From positions 1 through 50,252 of the forward strand of contig JBHGAX010000003.1 in NCBI GenBank assembly GCA_041946635.1: a stretch of DNA of 50,252 nucleotides, read 5' to 3'. Source of the DNA: Candidatus Methylomirabilales bacterium. GTDB lineage: Bacteria; Methylomirabilota; Methylomirabilia; Methylomirabilales; 2-02-FULL-66-22. The notes under the pieces were generated by a model. That model ran no database searches. It was not told where the DNA came from and was given only the letters and a program-made list of their open reading frames with translations. Shown one piece after another: positions 1-8,922 of this stretch (within the stretch, counting starts at the first letter, position 1; every line of letters starts with the position of its first letter). Position numbers and translations under genes: made by a program.

Positions 1-861
1 GCCCTCTGCGAGCCGTTCGTCCTGGGCCAGCAGTCCTGCGCGGCGCCGCGGTCGGTCGATCAGCCGTTGCCGACCGTGGCCACGGCGGGCGCGATCAGCC
101 TGGTCGAGCCGTTCCTGGTCCGCTACCAGGGCAGCCACAAAGGGAAGCAGGACGGCAACGGCCGGGTGCACTCCACCCGACAGCCGTTGCCGACTCAGGA
201 CACCTCGAACCGCTACGGCGTGGTGCAGCCGTTCGTTGTCCAGGTAGCCCACGGCCAGAATCCTCCGAACAGCGGACGGGCGAATGCCGTGCGCGCGCGG
301 ACCACCGAGGAACCGCTCTACACGGTGGATGGAAGCGGCGGAGGGCTCGCTCTCGTTCGGCCCTTCATCGTGCCTTTCTTCGGTGAAGCTCCTGGCCAGG
401 CTCCCCGCTGCCACTCCGTAGACGACCCCCTGCCGGCGGTGACCAGCCACGAGGCAGGCGCCTTGGTGCAGCCGTTCCTGACTGACCTCCGCGGTGCCGA
501 CTGGCCCAAGGCGCCCAGGACGGTGGATGAGCCGGTGCCGACGATCACCACGCACAACGGGCTGGCCCTCGTGGAGCCCTTCCTGGTGCGTTACTACGGG
601 AACGGCAACGGCTCGCAGCCGGTGACCGAACCGCTGGCCACCATCACGAGCCGCGACCGCTTTGGCCTGGTGACCGCCGAGGGGACGCGCTACGCGGTGG
701 ACATCCGCTTCCGGATGCTGCAGCCGCACGAGTTGGCGCGGGCCATGAGTTTTCCGGACGGCTACCAGTTCGCGGGGAACCGTGAGCATCGTGTGAAGCA
801 GATCGGGAACGCGGTGCCGGTCAGGCTGGCGGCCGCGCTGTGCCGGGAGCTGCTGAAGTGA
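1..861 (+). CDS. C5 DNA cytosine methyltransferase, C-terminal part (5'-truncated)
   Basis: Frame open from base 1; motif IX (RMLQPHELARAMSFP) and motif X (QIGNAVP); six PF(L/V)...P-x-T modules in the variable region. Confidence 0.9.
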   Translation, partial: ALCEPFVLGQQSCAAPRSVDQPLPTVATAGAISLVEPFLVRYQGSHKGKQDGNGRVHSTRQPLPTQDTSNRYGVVQPFVVQVAHGQNPPNSGRANAVRARTTEEPLYTVDGSGGGLALVRPFIVPFFGEAPGQAPRCHSVDDPLPAVTSHEAGALVQPFLTDLRGADWPKAPRTVDEPVPTITTHNGLALVEPFLVRYYGNGNGSQPVTEPLATITSRDRFGLVTAEGTRYAVDIRFRMLQPHELARAMSFPDGYQFAGNREHRVKQIGNAVPVRLAAALCRELLK

Positions 862-1661
862 CCGCGAACCTCTGCCAGTACTTCACGCCGGAGTGGGCCG
901 CGGCCGCGCTCGTCGAGCAGTTCTATGCGGGCCTCTCCGCGAGCGACCTCGTCGTCGAGCCGAGCTGCGGCCGGGGTGCCTGGCTGAAGGCGATCCCTGA
1001 CCACGTGCCGGCCATCGGCGTCGAGATCGACGAGGCGCTGGCCAGGCAGGCGGAGGCGGACACGGGCCGGCGGGTGTACGTCGGCGACTTTCGCACGGTC
1101 GCCATCACCGAGGCCCCAACGGTCGTCCTCGGGAATCCGCCGTTCGACCTGGACGTCGTCGAGTCGTTCCTGCAGCGCGCCGCGCGCCTGCTCCCGGAGA
1201 ACGGCCGGTGCGGCTTCCTGCTCCCTGCCTACGCGATGCAGACGCACGGCCGCGTGATGCGGCTGCACGAGACGTGGAGTATGGCGGCTGACCTGGTGCC
1301 GCGCCGGATCTTCCCGCGGCTGCGCGAGCCGCTGCTCTTCGTCCGCTTCCAAAAAGAGCGGATCCGGAGGTTCATCGGCTTCTCGCTCTATCAGGAGGCG
1401 ACCGAGCTGCGGCAGGTCGGCGCGCGCGCGCGCCTTGTCCTCGTGGAGGGGCGCCCGAGGATGGGCGTCTGGCGGGCGCTCGTCGAGGCGATGCTGCAGG
1501 ACCTGGGCGGGCGGGCCACGCTGCAGGAGCTCTATGCCGCCATCGAACCGAGGCGGCCGCTCACCAATCGGTTCTGGGAAGCCAAGGTCCGGCAGACCGT
1601 CCAGCTCTACTGCCGACGGCTGGACCGCGGCGTCTGGGCGCTGGCGGAGTCGGCGCAGTGA
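858..1661 (+). CDS. N6-adenine DNA methyltransferase (gamma-type order) with C-terminal winged-helix-like domain
   Basis: QYFTP, VVEPSCGRG (SAM binding) and NPPF (catalytic) motifs; GTGA overlap with upstream stop. Confidence 0.85.
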   Translation: MTANLCQYFTPEWAAAALVEQFYAGLSASDLVVEPSCGRGAWLKAIPDHVPAIGVEIDEALARQAEADTGRRVYVGDFRTVAITEAPTVVLGNPPFDLDVVESFLQRAARLLPENGRCGFLLPAYAMQTHGRVMRLHETWSMAADLVPRRIFPRLREPLLFVRFQKERIRRFIGFSLYQEATELRQVGARARLVLVEGRPRMGVWRALVEAMLQDLGGRATLQELYAAIEPRRPLTNRFWEAKVRQTVQLYCRRLDRGVWALAESAQ

Positions 1662-3118
1662 TCCGGGTCCTGGCCGGCGACAACCGGGAGAAGCTGCGCG
1701 AACTGCCGGACGCCTCCGTGCACTGCGTGGTGACGTCGCCGCCGTACCTCGGACTCCGTGATTACAAAGTCCCGCCGACGATCTGGGGCGGCGATCCGGA
1801 CTGCGCGCACGACTTCAGCGAGCTGGTCCCGTCGCGCAAACAGACCGGCGGCACCGCGTCATCCACGCTCGGAGAGGCGAGCGGCGGACATGCGATGAGC
1901 GACGCGGCGCGGCTGCGGTCCATCGAGCGGCAAACGCACGAAGGGCAGCCGTCGGCCTTCTGTGCCTCCTGCGGCGCCTGGCGCGGCGTCTTCGGCATGG
2001 AGCCGAATCCCGGGTTGTACGTGGAGCACCTCCTCGAGGTCTTCCGCGAGATCTGGCGCGTGGTGCGAACCGACGGCGTGGTCTTCTTGAACCTGGGCGA
2101 CTCCTACTGGTCCCACGCCGGCGGGCAGAACGGGCTGCACAGTTCGACCATCGCCGGCGGACAGCCGGCCTCGCTCGCGCGCCCGCACCCGAAGCCGTGG
2201 GGACCGCTCAAGACGAAGGATCTCGTCGGCATTCCGTGGCGCGTCGCCTTCGCCCTCCAGGACGCCGGCTGGTGGCTCCGTCGGGACATCATCTGGGCGA
2301 AGGGCGCCAGCTTCGGCCCGTACCACGGTAACCCGATGACCGAATCCGTGAAGGATCGGCCGTCCTCGTCGCACGAATACGTCTTCCTGCTGACGAAGTC
2401 CCCGCGCTACTTCTACGACCATGAGGCGGTCAAGGAGCCGCAAGCCGAGCACGAGCGGACGCGACGGCTGCGCGAGCAGGCCAGCGGGCTCGTGACGCGG
2501 TACATCCTGAAGCGGGACGGCCACGACATCGGCCAGCATGGGCCGGGCGCGAACGGCGTCGCGCGGAGCGTCGAGGCGCGCCATCGCCTCGCGGTCGCTG
2601 GCACGCGAAACCTGCGCTCGGTCTGGACGATTCCGACCGTACCCTCGGGCATCTCGCACTTCGCCACCTTCCCGCCCGACCTGGTCGAACCCATGGTCAA
2701 GGCAGGGACGTCCGAGCGCGGCTGCTGCCCGCGTTGCGGGGCGCCGTGGGAGCGCATCGTCGAAGAGCCCGACTTCTCCGAGGCGCCGAAGCGGAAGACC
2801 TCTCGCCTCGAAGGGCAGCTGAAATCTCACGGCGAGGGCTTCCTCACGAGCGCCGGCCAGGCCTGGCAGGAGTGGCGCAACGAGAACCCAAGCAGGACGG
2901 TCGGCTGGCGCCCGACCTGCGCGCACGAGGAAACGCCCGTGCCGTGCACCGTCGTCGACCCCTTCGCGGGCGCCGGCACCGTGGGCCTGGTCGCGGACCG
3001 CCTCGGGCGGGACGCCATCCTGATCGACCTGAACACCAGCTATATCGACATGGCGGCGGAGCGGATCCGGAAGGATGCCCCGCTGCTCGCCGACGTGCGA
3101 AAGGACGTGACGCCGTGA
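1658..3118 (+). CDS. N4-cytosine/N6-adenine DNA methyltransferase (beta-type order)
   Basis: TSPPY near N-terminus, HFATFP, DPFAGAGT near C-terminus; Cys-rich insertions; GTGA overlap. Confidence 0.9.
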   Translation: MIRVLAGDNREKLRELPDASVHCVVTSPPYLGLRDYKVPPTIWGGDPDCAHDFSELVPSRKQTGGTASSTLGEASGGHAMSDAARLRSIERQTHEGQPSAFCASCGAWRGVFGMEPNPGLYVEHLLEVFREIWRVVRTDGVVFLNLGDSYWSHAGGQNGLHSSTIAGGQPASLARPHPKPWGPLKTKDLVGIPWRVAFALQDAGWWLRRDIIWAKGASFGPYHGNPMTESVKDRPSSSHEYVFLLTKSPRYFYDHEAVKEPQAEHERTRRLREQASGLVTRYILKRDGHDIGQHGPGANGVARSVEARHRLAVAGTRNLRSVWTIPTVPSGISHFATFPPDLVEPMVKAGTSERGCCPRCGAPWERIVEEPDFSEAPKRKTSRLEGQLKSHGEGFLTSAGQAWQEWRNENPSRTVGWRPTCAHEETPVPCTVVDPFAGAGTVGLVADRLGRDAILIDLNTSYIDMAAERIRKDAPLLADVRKDVTP

Positions 3119-3213
3119 CGATGCCGCCGGCCTACGGTTCGCGACCGGAAAAGGGCCTCCCGGGCCCCTGGCCGGCGGTTCCCTCCGGGACTCCTGCGGG
3201 AGGAGTGGACACC

Positions 3214-5043
3214 ATGGCGACCCTTCGGATTGCGGACGGCTTATCGCTGCCGCTCGACTTCGCGACGCAGACGCTGCTCGTCGTGGGGAAGCGCGGCAGC
3301 GGCAAGAGCAACACATGCGTGCGGCTGGCCGAGCAGCTCTTCAAGGCCAAGGTGCCCTTCGTCGCCGTGGACCCGACCGATACATGGTGGGGACTCAAGG
3401 CGGCGAAGGATGGCAAGGGCCCTGGCCTCGGCGTCTACGTCTTCGGCGGGCGCCATGCGGACCTGCCGCTCGAGCCGACGGCCGGCGCGCTGGTGGCCGA
3501 CGTCGTGATCGACCACCGCATCTCCGCGGTCCTCTCCGTGAAGCACTTCTCGGGGCGGGAGCGCGGCCGCTTCGTCTCTGAGTTCGCCGACCGGCTCTTC
3601 CGCCGAAACACCGAGCCGCTGCACGTCTTCCTCGAGGAGGCGCACGAGGTCGCGCCGCAACAGCCGTTCAAGGGCGAGGAAGAGATGCTCGGCCGCGTCA
3701 CCCGGATCTGGAAGCTGGGCCGCGCCTCCGGCCTGGGCGGCTCGGCCATCACGCAGCGGCCGGCGTCCCTCTCGAAGAACATCACCACGCAAGCCGAGAT
3801 CCTGATCGTTCATCGGATGCTCGGCCCGCAGGACGTCGCCGCGGTCCGCGACTGGATCAAGTACCACGGCGAGAGCGACCAGGTCCTCTCCCAGCTCGCC
3901 GAGTTCAAGACCGGCGAGGCCTGGCTCTGGGCGCCGGACTTTCCGGAGGGCGACCCGATCGGGCTGCGGCGCGTGCGGATCCTCGAGCGGGAGACGTTCA
4001 ACTCGTCCGCGACGCCGAAGGCCGGGGAGCGGCAGGCCGAGCCGAAGGGCCTCGCTCCGGTGGACCTCGATGCCCTGCGGTCGAAGATGGCCGCCACCAT
4101 CGAGCGGGCCAAGGCCGAGGACCCGCGGGAGCTGCGCCGGCAGATCGTGGACCTCAAGGCGGAGCTGGCCCGGGCGAAGACCGTCGCGCCGGCGCCGCCG
4201 GCCGAGCCGAAGACCATCGAGGTCCCGGTCTTCACCGAGGCGGAGCGCCAGGATCTGCAGGACTGCGAGGCCAGGCTCGCCGAACTGCGGCGGACCTTCG
4301 AGGACGGCTGGCACCAGGTGCACGCCAAGCTGGACCTGCTCGTCCTGCGGGCCAGCGACCGGCTGCAGGTCAAGGCGCCGTCGCGGTTCGTGCGCCCGGC
4401 GCCGGTGCCCGAGCGGCGGATGGCGCAACCCGCCACGAGCCGGCCGGCGACCGCGAACGGGCACGTAGACCTCGGCAAGGGCGAGCGCATCATCCTGACC
4501 GCAGTCGCCCAGTACCCGGAGGGGGCGAGCCGGGAGCAGCTCACGATCCTCACCGGCTACAAGCGGTCCTCGCGAGATACCTACCTGCAGCGGCTTGCGC
4601 AGCGGGAACTGGTGGCGGTGAACGCGCGCGGCGACCTGGTGGCCACGGACAAGGGCATGGCCGCCCTGGGCCCGGACTTCGAGCCGCTGCCCACGGGACG
4701 GGAGCTGCAGACGTACTGGGTGAACCGGCTGACGGGCGGGGAGCGGGCGATCCTGGAGGCGCTGATCCGGGCCTACCCGAGGGCCGTGGACCGCGAGGCG
4801 CTGAGCGAGGCCACCGAGTACAAGCGGAGCAGCCGGGACACCTACATCCAGCGCCTGGCGGCGCGCCGGCTCGTGGTCGCGATCGGCCGCGGCGAGGTGC
4901 GGGACCTGGTGGAGGAGGTGGAGCGTGCACTGGCATCGGCAATCGGGCGCTTGGTGCCCATCGGAAGACCTGCCCAAGGCGCCAGGCCGGCCCCGAGGCA
5001 AGCCCCCCCCCTGAACTCCCGAAGTGCGGCGGCTGCCTCATGA
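3214..5043 (+). CDS. HerA/DUF87-like P-loop ATPase with coiled coil and two tandem winged-HTH-like repeats
   Basis: Walker A GKRGSGKS, Walker B VFLEEAH, GR and ITQRP motifs; duplicated GER.IL...YKRSSRDTY.QRL; GGAGGAG RBS before ATG 3214. Confidence 0.8.
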   Translation: MATLRIADGLSLPLDFATQTLLVVGKRGSGKSNTCVRLAEQLFKAKVPFVAVDPTDTWWGLKAAKDGKGPGLGVYVFGGRHADLPLEPTAGALVADVVIDHRISAVLSVKHFSGRERGRFVSEFADRLFRRNTEPLHVFLEEAHEVAPQQPFKGEEEMLGRVTRIWKLGRASGLGGSAITQRPASLSKNITTQAEILIVHRMLGPQDVAAVRDWIKYHGESDQVLSQLAEFKTGEAWLWAPDFPEGDPIGLRRVRILERETFNSSATPKAGERQAEPKGLAPVDLDALRSKMAATIERAKAEDPRELRRQIVDLKAELARAKTVAPAPPAEPKTIEVPVFTEAERQDLQDCEARLAELRRTFEDGWHQVHAKLDLLVLRASDRLQVKAPSRFVRPAPVPERRMAQPATSRPATANGHVDLGKGERIILTAVAQYPEGASREQLTILTGYKRSSRDTYLQRLAQRELVAVNARGDLVATDKGMAALGPDFEPLPTGRELQTYWVNRLTGGERAILEALIRAYPRAVDREALSEATEYKRSSRDTYIQRLAARRLVVAIGRGEVRDLVEEVERALASAIGRLVPIGRPAQGARPAPRQAPPLNSRSAAAAS

Positions 5044-5191
5044 CCGCCAACGCGGCCGAGAAGGCGCTGCTGACCAGCCTGATCCGCGGCGGGCTGGAGC
5101 TGGACGCGGCCGTGGCCACGCTGGGCCAGGCGCGGGCGGTGTACGGGGCGAGCGGGCGGTAGACCTCGCAGGACGAATAGGCGGCGGCGGC

Positions 5192-5347
5192 ATGCCAGCA
5201 CAGCGACTTGACCAAGCCACGTACCACCGGCGGGCCCTCCGCCTGCTGCAACGCTACCGGGACGCGCTCCCCGGCTCGATCCAGCGCGCCAGGCTGTACG
5301 CGCTGCTCCTGGCCCTCGATGCCCGCCGGGGGGTGCGCCGTGTCTGA
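5192..5347 (+). CDS. small hypothetical protein
   Basis: Short ORF overlapping the dnaB start. Confidence 0.4.
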   Translation: MPAQRLDQATYHRRALRLLQRYRDALPGSIQRARLYALLLALDARRGVRRV

Positions 5348-6647
5348 GGACCGCATCCCGCCATCCGCCATCCCCTCCGAGCAGGCCATGCTCGGCGCCT
5401 GCCTGCAGCTCCCCGAGGCGGCCACGTACACCCTGGAGGCCGTCCGGGAGTCGGACTGCTACAAGCAGGTGCACGCCAGGATCCTCGCCGCGATCCGGGC
5501 CGTCGTCTCCAAGGGGGACCAGCCGGACCTGCTCACCGTGGCCCGGCACCTGGAGGCCACACGGCGGCTCCAGGAGGTGGGCGGCGCGGCGTACCTCGCC
5601 GAACTGGTGGACGTGCACTGCCCGGCGCCGTCGAACTTCAAGGCCTACGTCAAGCCCATCCTGGACACCGCGGCGCGCCGGCGGGTGATCGAGGCGTGCA
5701 CCAGGGCCATGCAGGCGGCATATGACGAGAGCGGCAGCCTGCCGGAGGCCGTGCGGAGCCTGGAGGAAGACGTCGAGATCGCCACGGGCGAGGACCCGCA
5801 GGGCCCGGGCAAGTCCGCCACTGTCGTGAAGCTCGCCGATGCGCTGAACGTCTGGAGGCAGGCGTGGGAGGACGGAAGGCAGCCGGCCCGGGTGCGGACG
5901 CCCTCCGAGAAGCTCAACAAGAGCCTGGCCGGCGGGTTCGAGCCGGGCGACCTGATCTACCTTGGGGCCCGGCCCGGCGTGGGCAAGACTGCCTTCGCGC
6001 TGGAGACGGCCAGGACGGCCGCCGAGCAGGGCATGGGCGTGCTGGTGATCAGCCGCGAGATGGCCATCGAGCGCCTGGTGCGCCGCATCCTGGCCCAGAC
6101 CACCCGGATCCCAGCGACCATCATCCGCAACGGCCTGTTCGAGGACACCCAGTACGCCTCACTGGTGCACGCCTACGGCAAGCTCGCCGCCCTCCCGCTC
6201 TGGCTCTGCGACACGGCCGTCTCGCTCGAGCAGATCACGCGCCTGGTGGAGCGCTGGAGCTTCACCCCTGGCCTCGGACTGGTCATCGTGGATTACCTCC
6301 AGCTCGTCCGCGCGCCGGCCGGGATCCGGGATCGCCGCATCCAGGTCGAGACCGTGAGCCAGGGACTGAAGGGGCTCGCCATGTCGGCGCACCTCCCCGT
6401 GCTCTGCCTCTCCAGCCTCAGCCGGCCCGAGAAGGACAAGCAGGATCGGAAGCCCGGGCTGTCCGACCTCCGGGACTCCGGCGAGCTCGAGCACGACGCG
6501 GACATCGTGCTCTTCCTGCACCGCGGGTTCAACGAGGAGGAGACGCTCCTGATCGTGGCCAAGAACCGGGACGGGCGGGTCGGGGAGACGAAGCTCCGCT
6601 TCCGGTCGGAATACGTCGCGTTCGAGCAGGCCGAGGAGGGTGTCTGA
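5340..6647 (+). CDS. dnaB: DnaB-family replicative DNA helicase
   Basis: N-terminal EQAMLG, Walker A GARPGVGKT, IVDYLQL, DLRDSGELEHDAD, KNRDG. Confidence 0.95.
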   Translation: MSEDRIPPSAIPSEQAMLGACLQLPEAATYTLEAVRESDCYKQVHARILAAIRAVVSKGDQPDLLTVARHLEATRRLQEVGGAAYLAELVDVHCPAPSNFKAYVKPILDTAARRRVIEACTRAMQAAYDESGSLPEAVRSLEEDVEIATGEDPQGPGKSATVVKLADALNVWRQAWEDGRQPARVRTPSEKLNKSLAGGFEPGDLIYLGARPGVGKTAFALETARTAAEQGMGVLVISREMAIERLVRRILAQTTRIPATIIRNGLFEDTQYASLVHAYGKLAALPLWLCDTAVSLEQITRLVERWSFTPGLGLVIVDYLQLVRAPAGIRDRRIQVETVSQGLKGLAMSAHLPVLCLSSLSRPEKDKQDRKPGLSDLRDSGELEHDADIVLFLHRGFNEEETLLIVAKNRDGRVGETKLRFRSEYVAFEQAEEGV

Positions 6648-7180
6648 TGGCTGAGATTTCTCAGGTTCTCGATGCGCTGACGCCGGTTTGGCGACACACG
6701 ACCGCCCAGTTGGTGGCCTCAACCATCGAGAAGCACGCTGCGTTGATCCAGAGCCCGATAGAGCGAGAGTTTTTGATGTGGTGGGTGGCGGCAAAGGCCA
6801 CGGGGATCAACTGCGACGTGGATATCGAGCCGCAGTACGAGGTCTCAATCGGCGAGGCTCGCTACCGGCTCGATTTCAGGGTGTTCCTTGCCTGGCCAGG
6901 CGTGCTCAAGTTTGCCGCCCAGCATGGCATCGAATTTCCCAAGATCGCCGTCGAGCTCGATGGCCATGAATGGCACGAGCGCACACCGGAACAGGTGGAA
7001 TACCGAAACCAGCGAGATCGAGACCTCCAAAGGGCCGGCTGGAAGGTCTTCCACTTCTCGGGCCGAGAAGTCATGCGCGATGGATTCGGCTGCTTGAAGG
7101 AAGTCTTCAATTTCGCGCAGCGAAGCACCGAAGAGTTTATGTGCGCTGTCAAGAAGGTAAACCAGGGCCTTGATTTCTAA
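6647..7180 (+). CDS. DUF559/Vsr-like endonuclease
   Basis: SPIE...PQY...YRLDF...AVELDGHEWH...RDRDLQRAGWKVFHFSG; visibly lower GC. Confidence 0.8.
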   Translation: MAEISQVLDALTPVWRHTTAQLVASTIEKHAALIQSPIEREFLMWWVAAKATGINCDVDIEPQYEVSIGEARYRLDFRVFLAWPGVLKFAAQHGIEFPKIAVELDGHEWHERTPEQVEYRNQRDRDLQRAGWKVFHFSGREVMRDGFGCLKEVFNFAQRSTEEFMCAVKKVNQGLDF

Positions 7181-7194
7181 GACGGGTGACGAGC

Positions 7195-7899
7195 ATGCAG
7201 GGATGGATCAGGCTGCACCGGGCGGTCATGGATCACCCCGTCTGGTCATTACCGCCAGCACAGTACAAGGTCTGGGACGCCTGCCTACTTCTCGCGAACC
7301 ACAAGGACAGCGAATGGTGGGACGGACGCGAGCGGGTACCGATCCCGGCGGGCTCGTTTGTCACCTCGATCAACCACCTCGCCGAGAAGGCGAAGGTCAC
7401 GCGGCAGGTCACACGTGATGCGATACGAAACTTACAACGTCTTGCTTCGATCACAACACAGATAAGAACACAGCGCTGGACAATGATAACCGTAGTGAAT
7501 TGGCACACTTACCAAGGGGAGGAATGCGACGAGAACACAGAGGAGAACCCAACCGAGAACACAGTGAGAACACAGCGGGAACACAGTGAGAACACTAACG
7601 GAAGAATGAAAGAAGGGAAGAAAGAAACACTTGTCGATTTGGACGGCTTTGTTGCCTTCTGGTCGCTCTACCCGAGGCACGTCGCCAAGAAGGCGGCGAT
7701 CAAGGCCTGGACGAAGCTAAAGCCAGGCGACGATCTCCGGGCAACGATCATGCGGGCTCTGGCCCTCCAGGTGAAGCACGACTTCTCGAAGCGGGAACAA
7801 GACAAGATCCCACACGCGTCAACGTGGTTGAACGGCGAGCGCTGGAAGGACGAGGTGGCAGCCAAACGCGACACCGGCCCCAACTATGGGGAGCTGTGA
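7195..7899 (+). CDS. phage replication initiator protein
   Basis: GWIRLHR start, LLLANH, GSFVTS HTH, VVNWHTYQ; C-terminal FWSLYPRHVAKKAAIKAW...PHASTWLNGERWKDE; internal iterons. Confidence 0.85.
   Translation: MQGWIRLHRAVMDHPVWSLPPAQYKVWDACLLLANHKDSEWWDGRERVPIPAGSFVTSINHLAEKAKVTRQVTRDAIRNLQRLASITTQIRTQRWTMITVVNWHTYQGEECDENTEENPTENTVRTQREHSENTNGRMKEGKKETLVDLDGFVAFWSLYPRHVAKKAAIKAWTKLKPGDDLRATIMRALALQVKHDFSKREQDKIPHASTWLNGERWKDEVAAKRDTGPNYGEL
7453..7597 (+). repeat. iteron array, putative origin of replication
   Basis: GAGAACACAG-like 10-mers at 7464, 7531, 7543, 7555, 7566, 7577 and 7588 plus a partial copy at 7453; A-rich tract follows. Confidence 0.85.
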
Positions 7900-8318
7900 T
7901 GACCTTCCGCACCGTCGGCGCCGCCCTCCGCTGGTACGCCAAGGCCACCGCCCAGGCGGACGGCCTGAAGGCGATCTGGCCGGACAAGGACGCGGTCCAG
8001 CAGGCGCACGGGAAAGCCCGCGACCAGGAGGCGATGCTCCTGACGATCTGGGCCATCCGGGACGCGCTCGACCTCCTGGAGCCCAAAGACCAGGAGTTGC
8101 TCCTCCAAGTGCGCGTCTACGATCTGCCGCTCGCCACCCTGGTGGAGCGGCGCGGGCGCCGGATGGCGGATGCGGTCGCCGTCGCCGAGTGGCGGGTGGA
8201 CGAGGCTGAGCGGATTGTCGCTCGCCGGCTGCGCGCTGAGGGCTTGCTCGAATCGCGGGAGGGGGGAACCTACGGAGGGGGGAGGGCGACAGGGGTAGCA
8301 AGTACACAGGAGGAGTAA
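7899..8318 (+). CDS. putative late-gene transcriptional regulator (sigma region 4-like)
   Basis: IRDALDLLEPKDQELLLQVRVYDLPLATL resembles a region-4 HTH; lies between replication and packaging modules. Confidence 0.5.
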   Translation: MTFRTVGAALRWYAKATAQADGLKAIWPDKDAVQQAHGKARDQEAMLLTIWAIRDALDLLEPKDQELLLQVRVYDLPLATLVERRGRRMADAVAVAEWRVDEAERIVARRLRAEGLLESREGGTYGGGRATGVASTQEE

Positions 8319-8323
8319 GCGGG

Positions 8324-8533
8324 ATGACCGATGGGAGCGTGCTGAACGGGCGAAGGGCGATCCTGGCGTACCTCGGTCGCACCTCGAAGAGCACGTGGTT
8401 CAAGCTCTGCAAAGCCGGCCTCCCGCACTACCACGAAGCTGGCCGGGTCTGGGCGCTGGTGGCGGAGCTTGACGCATGGAGACTCCAACGCAGCCAAGGG
8501 CAGGGGAAAGCATGCGATACCGGGATTTCGTGA
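8324..8533 (+). CDS. small HTH DNA-binding protein
   Basis: LNGRRAILAYLGRTSKSTW...GLP...ELDAW pattern; AGGAG RBS. Confidence 0.6.
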   Translation: MTDGSVLNGRRAILAYLGRTSKSTWFKLCKAGLPHYHEAGRVWALVAELDAWRLQRSQGQGKACDTGIS

Positions 8534-8922
8534 AGCAGTGGCGGCCAGACGCCGACCCCGACCGCTACATCCGGTGGCGCCGCGCCGTGTTCCGCGCCTG
8601 CGGGTGCGTCTGCGCGAAGTGCGGGAAGACCGGAAAGCGGAAGGAGCTCCATGCCGATCACATCAAGACGTGGCTGACGCATCCCGAACTCCGCTATGAG
8701 GTGAGCAATGGCCGGGTACTCTGCCGGGACTGCCATGCGAAGCGACACGGCAAGGGTATCCCGGAGCCGACCAGGGAGAAACTGCGGCAGCAGCGCTCTG
8801 GTGAGCGGGCGGCATCGGCGTATCGGATCACCCGCGAGTTGGAACGCAATGACCTGCTGCTCAGCCGCCGCGCGCGCCGTCTGTCGAAACGGTTGTCAAG
8901 GGGTACAGAAGGGGTCCAATAG
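8512..8922 (+). CDS. HNH endonuclease upstream of terminase
   Basis: WRRAVF, CAKC, HADHIK, NGRVLCRDCHAKRH. Confidence 0.85.
   Translation: MRYRDFVKQWRPDADPDRYIRWRRAVFRACGCVCAKCGKTGKRKELHADHIKTWLTHPELRYEVSNGRVLCRDCHAKRHGKGIPEPTREKLRQQRSGERAASAYRITRELERNDLLLSRRARRLSKRLSRGTEGVQ

Noticed and set aside
2734-3213. N-terminal extensions in the ORF track (also 5864, 21082, 21609, 30101)
   Set aside because: They overlap upstream genes; downstream starts with RBS or stop-start coupling fit better
1-7180. Restriction-modification system (methyltransferases plus DUF559 nuclease)
   Set aside because: The nuclease is 3.5 kb away inside the replication module; no evidence of pairing
7453-7597. CRISPR-like array
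   Set aside because: 10-bp units with no spacers, inside a coding gene; no cas operon. The 47213 nuclease sits with a RecT-like gene
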